64,000 nt of DNA from Vicugna vicugna (taxonomy: Eukaryota), in the NCBI GenBank assembly GCA_013265495.1, contig MU061334.1, positions 745,557 through 809,556 of the forward strand, given 5' to 3'. Below, piece by piece: positions 34,201 through 42,490 of this stretch (positions within the stretch are counted from its first letter, which is position 1; every line of letters begins with the position of its first letter). The translations under genes and the position numbers were made by a program. The notes beneath the pieces were generated by a model. The model saw only the letters and a list, made by a program, of their open reading frames with translations. It had not been told where the DNA came from and did no database searches.

Positions 34201-36637
34201 CCACCGGTGGCCATGCCATGTGGGAGCTGTCTCATCCTGGGTTCTGCTCTGCCCCTCAGCCTTGCCTGCAGCCTCTAGACAGTCATCTCACAGGCCCCTC
34301 CGAGGCAGGGAACCCAGGCCATGCCTCACACCTGATGCCCATCCTCTATGCCCCGGCTGGAACCCTTGAGAAGACACCCGACGCCCAGAGGGCTCACTCC
34401 TGCCCACATCATCTCTGTCCCCACAGAAGCCCTGTAAAGCAGACTGACTCATGAGCAGGCTGCCTGGGGCCAGAGCAGGAGGAGGGTGGATGTGGGTGGT
34501 GGTGGGGAGAGAGCTAAGGCTCAGAGGTGGGAAGCTGGGGTCTTTTGGGAACAGCACCGCTGGCCACCCTCCTAGGGCTCAGGCTTTGCTCAGGGAAGCG
34601 GGAGGGACCATGGCAGAGCTAGTTCTGTCCTCAGCTGCAAGGTGACACCACCCCCGACCCACTTCTGCTGAGGGTTACCGAGCCGGGCCACAGGTTCATC
34701 GCGGTCACACCTTTACCCACTCCAGACCGGCAAATGTTCCTGGCCACGTGGAAGGACATTCCCAACGAGAATGAAGCCCAGTTCCAGATCAGAGACTGCC
34801 CCCTGAATGCCGGTAGGACTCCCGAGCCTGCCCCCAGTCCACTCTGCCCCTCGCCTGTACCCCAGGCCTCTCTCATCACTGACTGGGGGGCCTTCTGACC
34901 CGCAGAGGCTGTCAGCAGCAGGCTGCAGAGCAGCAACATCTTCACAGTTGCCAAGAGGAACGTGGAGGGCCAGGACATGCTCTACCAGTCCCTCAAGCTG
35001 ACCAACGGCATCTGGGTGCTGGCGGAGCTGCGCGTCCAGCCCGGCAACCCCAGCTTCACGGTGAGGCCCCTACTCCTGACTGCCCACCCTGGGGCCTCTG
35101 CCTTCCTGTCCTGGGCAGCCTCTCCTGCCCCCTCCTTACCAGGCCAGGGGTCAGCTCTGAGGGGAACACTCTAGCCCAGTTGGACTGGGGTCCTTTTGAG
35201 CCTAGTATGAATGCACACCAGAAATCTGATCTTAGAAAGCTTCCAGCACAATCCCATGAAGTTATCCAGATAAGACACCAAACTGGATCTCAGAACAGTG
35301 AGTTGGACTAGAAGATTCTGTAAAATTGGGCTCTGTGGGGTGACACAGTTGACCAGAGGCCTGCCTGACTGGGAAGTGGCCCTGCTGGGCCCCCGCGCCT
35401 CCCACTCCTCCCTGCCTGAGCGCCCTCCCTGGAGGACGCGGGTTCTGAGCAGCTTGTCTGACCCCAGTCAGGACGTGGCTTCTGCAGAGCATGTGCTTGT
35501 CCCTAAGGCCGTGCTGCTCTCCCAGGCCCAGAGAGCCCAGGCTTTGCTTCAGCCTGCACCCGAGCCAAGTCTTGGGCAGGCATGAGCCTCCGGACGCTGC
35601 TCCCCGGCCACGCTGGCGGCCAGGGTGCGCGGGCCCCGCGGTTGGGTGGGGCTGCGGCAGAGGCTCCAGTGGTGGTAATTTCCGTCTCCCTGTGTTTGGT
35701 TGCTGCATGTCCACCTTCCCTGCTGGTGCCCGTGGTGCAGGACTTGGAGGTTAGCGGACTGCTTTTCTCTTCCTCTTCCCCTCCACCCTCCCTGGCCACA
35801 CCTCGCACACCTGTCTCCTGGCCTGGCTCTCCTGGCCTTACCTCCCCCTGCTGCTCCCCAGAGCTGGGCAGACACGCACGCAGGCTGCAGGCCAGAGGAC
35901 AAGCTGCCCCTGCCGACCCCCTTGGTGGCCCCAGTTGAGGTGCTGGTGCCCGACTTCCCACACACAGTGCACAGAGGCCTCCAGAGGCCAGGGGCCCTGG
36001 CTTCCGGAGTGCCACGTGCCCTTCCCCCTTCTTGATCGCATCCCTTTTGCCAAAATTGCAGTGATTTTGGCGCTTGTCTCTCCTGCCTGTGCTCTCTGGG
36101 CTCTTACTGCAGTTAGAGATGAGCCAAGTCTAATGTGCCTGCTTCCAGTGCAGGAAATCAGAAAGAACCCCTGGCACCCGCACTGTCCCACCCCCGGGTC
36201 CCCGTACCTCCTCAGGGACCTCACCCTCCCTGGGCCGTGGGGGCCCAGCAGCCTACAGGGTGGGGCTGGCACTGCCTGCAGCCTCCACTTGTGATTCACG
36301 CTGCTCGCTGGGTGCCGTGATGGCTGGCGGACAGCGGGTGTGTGGGCTGTGGGTATTTTTGGTCGGCGCCGGGCTGGCTGAGGTGGCCGCCCCCTCTCCT
36401 TTACTGCACATCTGCCCTAGCCACGCGGCTGCCACCAGGCCACATGTGCGCACCACACTCTCCCATCTGGTTTCTGCCTTCTCTTCCCTCCCTCAGTGTT
36501 CAGCCTCGGGGAGGAGCCCCGGGAATGAGCGCACCCTGTCCCCCCACCCACTCTCCCTGCAGCTGTCTCTGAAGTGTCGAGCACCAGAGGTGTCACAGCA
36601 TGTGTACCAGGCCTACGAGACCATCCTCAAGAACTGA
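7241..36637 (+). CDS. AP1B1: AP-1 complex subunit beta-1 (beta1-adaptin), complete spliced CDS, 22 coding exons, 949 aa
   Basis: Exons joined through GT..AG sites in consistent phase total 2850 nt (949 aa + TGA). Runs from [22 protein letters not shown] to [28 protein letters not shown] trunk, hinge clathrin box LLNLD (26068-26082) and C-terminal appendage. Confidence 0.98.
9240..9560. repeat. Two adjacent MIR fragments in opposite orientation
   Basis: cagatgaggaaataggttcagaga (-) then cctccatttgctcatctgcaaaatggg (+). Confidence 0.6.
10297..10402 (+). CDS. AP1B1: AP1B1 coding exon 2
   Basis: ttttag|gg; [35 protein letters not shown]; ag|gtgtgc. Confidence 0.97.
12401..12536 (+). CDS. AP1B1: AP1B1 coding exon 3
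   Basis: ttccag|t; [45 protein letters not shown]; |gtgagt. Confidence 0.97.
13287..13532 (+). CDS. AP1B1: AP1B1 coding exon 4
   Basis: cctcag|; [19 protein letters not shown]...DSNPM; |gtaagc. Confidence 0.97.
14725..14915 (+). CDS. AP1B1: AP1B1 coding exon 5
   Basis: aaccag|; [12 protein letters not shown]...KDDREAQ; ag|gtgaga. Confidence 0.97.
15420..15565 (-). repeat. MIR SINE
   Basis: ccatttttcagatgaggaaactgaggcccagag. Confidence 0.75.
15702..15923 (+). CDS. AP1B1: AP1B1 coding exon 6
   Basis: ccacag|c; [17 protein letters not shown]...NINLIVQK; ag|gtacgg. Confidence 0.97.
16040..16248 (+). mobile_element. MER20 (hAT-Charlie MITE)
   Basis: ggggacatttggcaatgtctagagacatttttggttgtc...gctactggcatctagtg...gggatgctgct...tgagaaacc matches the MER20 consensus as I recall it. 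Confidence 0.85.
17530..18010. mobile_element. MER21-like solo LTR
   Basis: tgttggggttcccaggacccccacgttcagagattcactggaaggactcac...gatttatt resembles MER21; subfamily uncertain. Confidence 0.65.
18408..18528 (+). CDS. AP1B1: AP1B1 coding exon 7
   Basis: taccag|g; [40 protein letters not shown]; |gtcggc. Confidence 0.97.
18881..18976 (+). CDS. AP1B1: AP1B1 coding exon 8
   Basis: ctacag|; [32 protein letters not shown]; |gtgagg. Confidence 0.97.
19951..20066 (+). CDS. AP1B1: AP1B1 coding exon 9
   Basis: acacag|; [38 protein letters not shown]; aa|gtacgt. Confidence 0.97.
20388..20553 (+). CDS. AP1B1: AP1B1 coding exon 10
   Basis: ctccag|g; [35 protein letters not shown]...DESTQ; |gtgagc. Confidence 0.97.
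21100..21385. mobile_element. TcMar-Tigger (Tigger4-like) fragment
   Basis: cattgaactcacggccacagcactgtaactcacgcc...aggcacatcacagtcttctcacgcttaggaacactag. Confidence 0.65.
21800..22050 (+). repeat. MIR SINE
   Basis: cctctctgagcctcggattcctcatttacaaaatgag. Confidence 0.7.
24508..24606 (+). CDS. AP1B1: AP1B1 coding exon 11
   Basis: ccgcag|; [33 protein letters not shown]; |gtgggt. Confidence 0.97.
25098..25357 (+). CDS. AP1B1: AP1B1 coding exon 12
   Basis: tcccag|; [22 protein letters not shown]...KSLPPRTA; tc|gtgagt. Confidence 0.97.
25971..26172 (+). CDS. AP1B1: AP1B1 coding exon 13 (hinge, clathrin box)
   Basis: tggcag|g; [39 protein letters not shown]...GGGLDSL; |gtacgt. Confidence 0.96.
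26996..27016 (+). CDS. AP1B1: AP1B1 21-nt alternative microexon (MGDEPEG)
   Basis: ttggag|atgggggatgagcctgaaggg|gtacgg; phase 0-0. Needed to reach 949 aa; matches my recollection of the human 7-aa hinge insert. Confidence 0.9.
27636..27779 (+). CDS. AP1B1: AP1B1 coding exon 15
   Basis: ttccag|; [48 protein letters not shown]; |gtaagt. Confidence 0.96.
28132..28760. mobile_element. hAT-Charlie element (MER113-like)
   Basis: Starts cagtggttctc; internal cctacctacacatataatttcaaaaa, gtaaagttccaaacaaaacaaag and tccagcatccctg. Confidence 0.55.
30040..30800 (-). mobile_element. L2 LINE remnant
   Basis: gcagagggaacag and catgatcagatttgcgttttaaaagat are typical L2 motifs. Confidence 0.6.
31591..31736 (+). 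CDS. AP1B1: AP1B1 coding exon 16
   Basis: ctgcag|; [20 protein letters not shown]...FAIQFNRN; ag|gtgagc. Confidence 0.97.
32248..32335 (+). ncRNA. SNORD125: Intronic box C/D snoRNA SNORD125 (source of the snoRNA-derived fragment annotated as miR-3653)
   Basis: Terminal stem aagcagcctct (32248-58) / aggggctgctt (32325-35). C box cTGATGA 32260-66, CTGA 32276-79, GTGATGA 32289-95, CTGA 32301-04, D box CTGA 32321-24. Sense to the AP1B1 host; sequence resembles human SNORD125 as I recall it. Confidence 0.9.
33551..33680 (+). CDS. AP1B1: AP1B1 coding exon 17
   Basis: ccccag|c; [43 protein letters not shown]; |gtgtgt. Confidence 0.97.
33966..34050 (+). CDS. AP1B1: AP1B1 coding exon 18
   Basis: tcctag|; [28 protein letters not shown]; g|gtgagt. 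Confidence 0.97.
34726..34812 (+). CDS. AP1B1: AP1B1 coding exon 19
   Basis: ctccag|ac; [28 protein letters not shown]; g|gtagga. Confidence 0.96.
34906..35060 (+). CDS. AP1B1: AP1B1 coding exon 20
   Basis: ccgcag|ag; [51 protein letters not shown]; |gtgagg. Confidence 0.96.
35741..35749 (+). CDS. AP1B1: AP1B1 9-nt alternative microexon (DLE)
   Basis: gtgcag|gacttggag|gttagc; phase 0-0. Completes 949 aa; matches recalled human ...PSCTDLELSLKC. Confidence 0.85.
36563..36637 (+). CDS. AP1B1: AP1B1 last coding exon
   Basis: ctgcag|; [27 protein letters not shown]. Confidence 0.97.
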   Translation: MSLKCRAPEVSQHVYQAYETILKN

Positions 36638-37445
36638 GGTCCCGTCCAGCATCCGCCCCGCCTTCTGCCAGCCTTGTCCAGGAGCCCACTGGGAGGTGGC
36701 AGCACCTCCTTCTCCCGAGAGGGGCGGGGCAAGGCCCCTGGTCCTGACTGCAGGACCCACCTGGGTCCTCGGGGTGGGGCAGCAGCCCTCCTAGAGTGAA
36801 ACCTCAGTGTCCTCCTGTGCTTGGGACTCTCCTCTTTCCATTGCTGCTGACGTTGGGGGTCAGGTGAGGAGGGGACCAAAGTAGCCAGAGCCAGAGCTGC
36901 AGCAGGAGCTGGACGGGGAGACCCAGGTTCTTCTCTTGCTTTTGCCAGTGCCTGAGGATGAGCGTGCAGCCTGGGAAGCCCCCTGCAGCCTCTGTTGGGT
37001 TGGTGTTATAGGCCCCCCACCCCCACCCCTCTTGTGGGATGGGCCCTGGCAGGCTGTTGTGGTGTGAATGGAGGGTCCCCTTGGTCCTGGGAGAGCTGCT
37101 CTGACAGTGTCTGGGGCTCCTGGGGCCTGCCCCCCGCCACCCTCCCGAGCGCTGACCTGCATTTCCAGGCAGAAGCTCCCAGGGCTGTGCGCGGGCTCCG
37201 ACTCCCCTGGCAGTTTCGTGCACACCCGCTCCCCATCTTGCCCGTGAGGATGGTCACTGCCTTGGATACATTCCTCCGTGTCCCGTGGATTCCCAGAGCA
37301 GAGACAGGCCTGAGGGAGGAGCACGTGGGCAAGGGGCTGCTTCCTGTCTGGGGTTTCTCCTTAGCGTCTGCTACCCACCTCCGGGCCTCCCAAGTTGCAG
37401 TTGTGTCTGATGGAGCATTAGGTTTTCCTGTTATTGCTGTTTAAT

Positions 37446-37451
37446 AATAAA
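37446..37451 (+). terminator. AP1B1: AP1B1 polyadenylation signal AATAAA (further candidates ATTAAA 37510, AATAAA 37631)
   Basis: AATAAA about 810 nt after the stop, followed by T-rich sequence. Confidence 0.75.
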
Positions 37452-39336
37452 GAAAGATTCTGCTTTTGGCAATCACGGACACTTTTTTCCCCCTCCATCA
37501 AATGTCGGGATTAAAAACTGCCTCTAAGTGGTTGAGGATGGTTTTCTTGAGCCCTGCAGGAATGATGTCTAATATATATAAATAGAGCTATATATTGTAT
37601 GTTTACTCTTATTTTCAAAAAGAGAAAGTGAATAAAATGATGACATCAAGCGTGTCCCTGGCCAATGTGTCAGGTCCTGAGGCTCTTCTGGGCAGGATCC
37701 CGGGTCCCCTGGGGTCCAGGGTCAAGGACTTGAGCTGTGTCAGCCCTGCCCCGAGCACTGTTGACTTTCTGTCTCCTATCCTTGGAAAACTGACTGCCTA
37801 GGCCTGCTGCTCTCCCAGCGCCTCTCCCACCCTTGGCCTTAGCTCCACCCCAGCCGATACCTTGCCATTTGATGCTGGGAGGGCAGATTTGGAGAACCTG
37901 GTTTTCCTCTACTCTGGGAGCAGTGGGGAGGGGCTCCGCTGGGGCAGCTGTGGGAGGGGGAGTAGCAGGCAGGCCCAGCACCAGGCTCGTCTGGGTGGGC
38001 TGTGCCCCAGCCTGCGTCTGTGGCTGCCAAGTGCGGGGACTAAGCTGGCGCCCACCCCCAGCCACCACCGAGGATACCTCATGTGGCCACTGGCCTGGTT
38101 CCCTGGGGAGCAGGCAGACCTTGGGCATGGCTCTGTTGGCAGAGCTGCCCATGAGTTCTCAGTGCCTCGTGGTTGGTGGGCCCTCAACCCTTACCCATCG
38201 CTGCCCCACCAGATATACTGCCGCCTTCCAAGCTGCCAGGGCTGGAAGACAGGCATCAGCAGAGACACCTGGCCCTCCTGTCACCTCTGGTGTATCACCG
38301 TACTGCCCCGGAACCCCAGAGTCTAGAACCAACCAAGGCCCTTGACTGCACAACCCCTGAAAGTCCCCGGCTCAGAAGGCCCCATACACAGCTGGAGTGT
38401 CTTCAGCTGTGGATTCACCCTGGCCTGCCCTGTTGCCTGCCACCCCTGACCTGCTGGGGCCCAGCTCCCACCCAACCTTGTGAACGCACCACCAGGGCCA
38501 CCCCGCTGCATGTCAGTTCAGCCCTCCAGGAATCTCACGGAACTTGCTGTCCCTACTCTGCCATTGCCGAGGGCCAGAGTTGAAGAGTAGGACAGCTGTC
38601 CTGGGGCGTGATGACAGTGACCTGAGGCCCAGGACCAAATCCCCAGGATGACAAAGAGATGCTGATGAGAAAGGCTGGCCTAGTCGGACAGAGGCCCTTG
38701 GTCTATCATGGGACACCCTGGGTTCGTTGTACTTGGGCCTCAGGTAGTTGTGGGAGGGACCCTGTCGTGATTCCGCCCCCCCACCACCCACACAGCGCCC
38801 GCACGAGGAGACCCAGCAGCGCCTTCACGCACTCAGGGAGCAGCTGAGGGTGACTGCCGTCTCACTCCCAAGAACCCCAGCCTGGGCCTGCCCTTGTCAC
38901 TGCATCAGGAAAACAAGCCCCAGGCGCTGCCCCTGGGGCCCCAGCCTTTAGAAGTGCCCCAGGGGACGTCCAGTCTGTGCCCTTCAGCTTCCGTGCCCCT
39001 CCCTCCCCCTAGTTACCCTCCTCATGTGCCTGCCCTGTCTCACGTGCCTCCCTGGTCCTCACAGTGCTCAGGCCTCCCAGTCTCAGCGCCCGATGCCTCT
39101 CTAGGCCTTGGCATCTTGCAGAAGATCCTCCAGGGTCCTGAGTCTTCCCAGCCAGTCGGGGAGTTCAACAACAGCAACCAGTTCCTGGGGAGGGTCCCCC
39201 AAACACGGGCCTGACAGGTTCCCTGTGTACCCAACACGTGCCAAGGCCTGCGGTGTGACCTCACTGTACGTTTTTTATCTTCAAGTAGTGGTTTGCTTTG
39301 TTTGGGGGTTTTGTGGGTTTGGGGGGGGGTTTGACG

Positions 39337-39447
39337 GGGGATAGAGGTAATTGGGCTTATTTATTTTTAGAAGAGGTACTGGGGATTGAACCCAGGACCT
39401 TGTGCGTGCTGAAGATGCGCTCTACCACTTGAACTACACCCTCCCCC
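39337..39447 (-). mobile_element. tRNA-Ala-derived SINE (Vic-1-like)
   Basis: Reverse complement gggggagggtgtagttcaagtggtagagcgcatcttcagcacgcacaaggtcctgggttcaatccccagtacctc plus the same tail type as the 4.9-kb copy. Confidence 0.8.
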
Positions 39448-39459
39448 TCCTTGTTTCTT

Positions 39460-42400
39460 TGGTTTTTTTTAAATGGAGAGAGTGATTCTGGACCATGGTA
39501 AGATCAGTCACACAAAGGTTAAAAACTCCCCCTTCCATACTTCCCCAGTTCTTAGCTTTCCTCCCTAGAGGCAAAGTTCTCTGTTACATTTTGGCTTTCT
39601 TCCAAAAAATAATTCTGTGCATGTATAAAGCAAATCCAGGGAGGTATTTACTAAATAAATAGCAGCACACCCTAGATGTTACCAGCACTTTGCTTTCCCT
39701 ATCAGTAGAGTAGACCCACCTCGGGATCTCTTGTGCAGAAGGGCAGGTGTCTGCAGGTGGATTTTCCAGCCGTTTCCATCTTCTGTGAGTCCAAGCAAAG
39801 GTGCAGTGAATACCTTCCTACAGACATCCTTGCTCGTAGACACACATGAAACTGTAGGATTTAGCCCTGGAATTGCTGGACCAGAGGGTAGAAGCATTTT
39901 ACATTTTAAAATTTTGTTCTTGTATTGAAAAGGTAATGCATTCACATGGTTCAAAATCCAAAAGGCAAAAAGAGATCGAAGTGAAATAATCCTATCTCTC
40001 ATTCCTCTCCCTAAAGGAACCAGTGTTACCTTCCAAAGAAACTCAACAATGTCTAATATGGTCTTTTCCCTTTTTATACACAAAGGGTGGCATGGACCAC
40101 GCCCCGATTGGCACTGTACTTTTATCTTGGAGACTTTTCCATGATTAATCCATTATCAAGAGCATCCTTGTGCCTTTTTGTAACAACTGTGTGGTTTTCC
40201 GTCAAGTGGAGGCACCATAATGAACCCGTCCCTTGCCGTGATGTCCAGAGTTGTGTCGGTGGTGGTGTTAGTACAAGTGATACTGCGGAGAACGTTCATT
40301 TTCATATGTTGATAAATTTCTCAGATGGAAATGGCTGGGTCGAAGGTAGGTGTGTTCCTCACTTGATAGCTACTGCTAAAAATTCTCTAGTTTACACCCC
40401 CAGCGGCCAGGAATGAAACGCCTGCTCCCCCGCACCCTCACACACTCAGCATGTTGATACGTGTTTAAGTGACAGGCAAAAAACAGTATCTGACTGTGTT
40501 TTAAACACACCTCCGTTCGCATGTTACCGAGCCATTTGTCTGTCCTCTGGGAGCTGTCTCCATGGTTTCTGCCATCTTGCGAGATGGCTGTTGGTCCTTG
40601 GCTTTCTGGTTGGTCATTATTTCTCCCGTTTTGTTACTGTTTTTACTTTTCCATGCTGAAATTGTGTTGTATAATTCTTTTCTCTCTTCTTTTCATCTCT
40701 TCTTTCTTTCCAGTACTTGGCTCGTCTTAGCTGTTGCATTTGGAGCCTGTTCCACGTGGGCTTCATGTTAGGGATGAGGTAGGGATCCAGCTTCCTCTCT
40801 TCCCAGATGGTTGGTTACCTCGTTGTCTCCAGACCATTTACTGAATAATTTATCTTTTCCCTACAGATCTGAAGTGTCATTGGTATCATATACTCAGTTT
40901 CCATACACAAATGAGTGCTTTTCTGGACTCTGTTCTGAACCAGAGAATTTGTGTATTCATTGGCCCCTGTGTTTTTTTTTTTTAAAGCATTGTACCTTTG
41001 TATTTTCTTAATTTATAGTGCCCTCTCTTTCACCCTTTGTGTCCCATTTGAACTTTAGAACTAAATTTTTAAGTGATGGTGTTATTTTTATTTGGATCAA
41101 ATCAAATGTTTATATTAACTGACAGAGAATTGACATCCTCATGGGGATGTCAGTGATAATATTAATCTTTATACCCGAATATAGGAGTATATGTCTTTCC
41201 GTTGCTTTCTTTTTACATCTATATATTTTAAATTTTCTTCATTTACAAGTGCTTGCATGAACATTTATTCTTACATAGATTTTTGAGTATTTTCTATTTC
41301 TTGGTTCCTTTTATAAGTGGGATCTTTTCCATTCTCTTCTATATATATATATGTTTATGTAAATATATATTTGCCAATATAAAACACACAAGTATAGGAA
41401 TAACATATATTTACAATATAAAATAAATAACGTAAATTATATAACATATAACTTGTAAACTAAACGCCAGACTTTATGCAGATTTGACTCGTTTTCCCAC
41501 TCACGTCCTCGTTCTGTTCCCAGATCCCACGTTCCATGTGCTCGTCATTATCTCTTGAGCCTCCTCAGGTCTGTGACAGTTTCTCAGCTTTTCTTTATCC
41601 TTAACAATTCTGAGGGCTGGTCAGGTATTCTGTGGACTGTCCCTCAGTTTGGGTTTGTCTGATGTTTCTTATGGTGAGACTAGGGTTACAGGGTTTTAGG
41701 AAGGAGACCACAAAGGTGTCGCTATCAACATGACTTATCACAGTCACATTAGCCTGGATCACTCAGCCAAGGTCCTGTTTCCAGCTTCCTCTGCCGTGAA
41801 GGGACTTCCTCCCCTTCCTCAACTCCATTTTTTGGAAGCAAGTCACCAAGTGCAGCCGACACCCATGGAGGAGTATGGAGGCAGGGAGCGGCTACATAAA
41901 ATATTGGGAATTCTTCTGTAAGGAAAATTTGTTTCTTCTGCATTTATTTATTAATTCAATCATTTGTATCAGCTTGGACTCATGGATATTTATTTTATAA
42001 TTTGGGTTTTGGGGGAGGGTCATAGCTCAGTGGTAGAGTGCATGTTTAGCATGCACAAGGGCCTAGGTTCAATCCCAGTACCTCCACTAAAAAAAAAAGA
42101 CAATATAATTTGGGTTTAAACCAAAAGTGCATTAATTATCTTGTTGCTTAAATTGCTCAAGCTGTGATGATTGGGACCTCTTTCAAGTTGGCTGTGTCCC
42201 TTTGACGTGGTTTCATCCTTTGGTTTCTTTTGAGATTTCCTTACTTTCCAATATCATGAGCTGCTGCAGGCTGACCTGTATCTGTCCTGCTCCAGGCCTC
42301 ACATCAGCCATTTCTCCAGGGAGCCTGGTTGCTTTTTCAGTATCAGAAACCAAGATCTGGGTGCCAGGTGTGCTAGTTGCTCGTGAGGTGGCACTTCCAG

Positions 42401-42490
42401 TCCCTCTCAGTAAACAGAACCAGGAAATGGCTACATCCTGTGTGTGCACGTACACCTCCCTGATATTTTGTAAACTAGCGGCTATTTGCA
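39460..42490 (-). mobile_element. Cluster of ancient L1M (L1ME/L1MC-like) fragments with an AT-rich low-complexity patch (about 41330-41460)
   Basis: T-rich; gaattgctggaccagaggg, ggaaatggctgggtcgaagg and ggtcaggtattctgtggactgtccctcagtttgggtttgtctgatgtttc resemble L1M 3' regions. Confidence 0.65.
42011..42103 (+). mobile_element. tRNA-Ala-derived SINE (Vic-1-like) with poly(A) and 14-bp TSD, nested in an old L1
   Basis: gggggagggtcatagctcagtggtagagtgcatgtttagcatgcacaagggcctaggttcaatcccagtacctcc + A-run; TSD tataatttgggttt at 41996-42009 and 42104-42117. Confidence 0.88.

Noticed and set aside
42011-42088. tRNA-Ala(AGC)-like sequence
   Set aside because: The acceptor stem is broken, and a poly(A) tail, a 14-bp TSD and related decayed copies show it is a SINE and not a tRNA gene.
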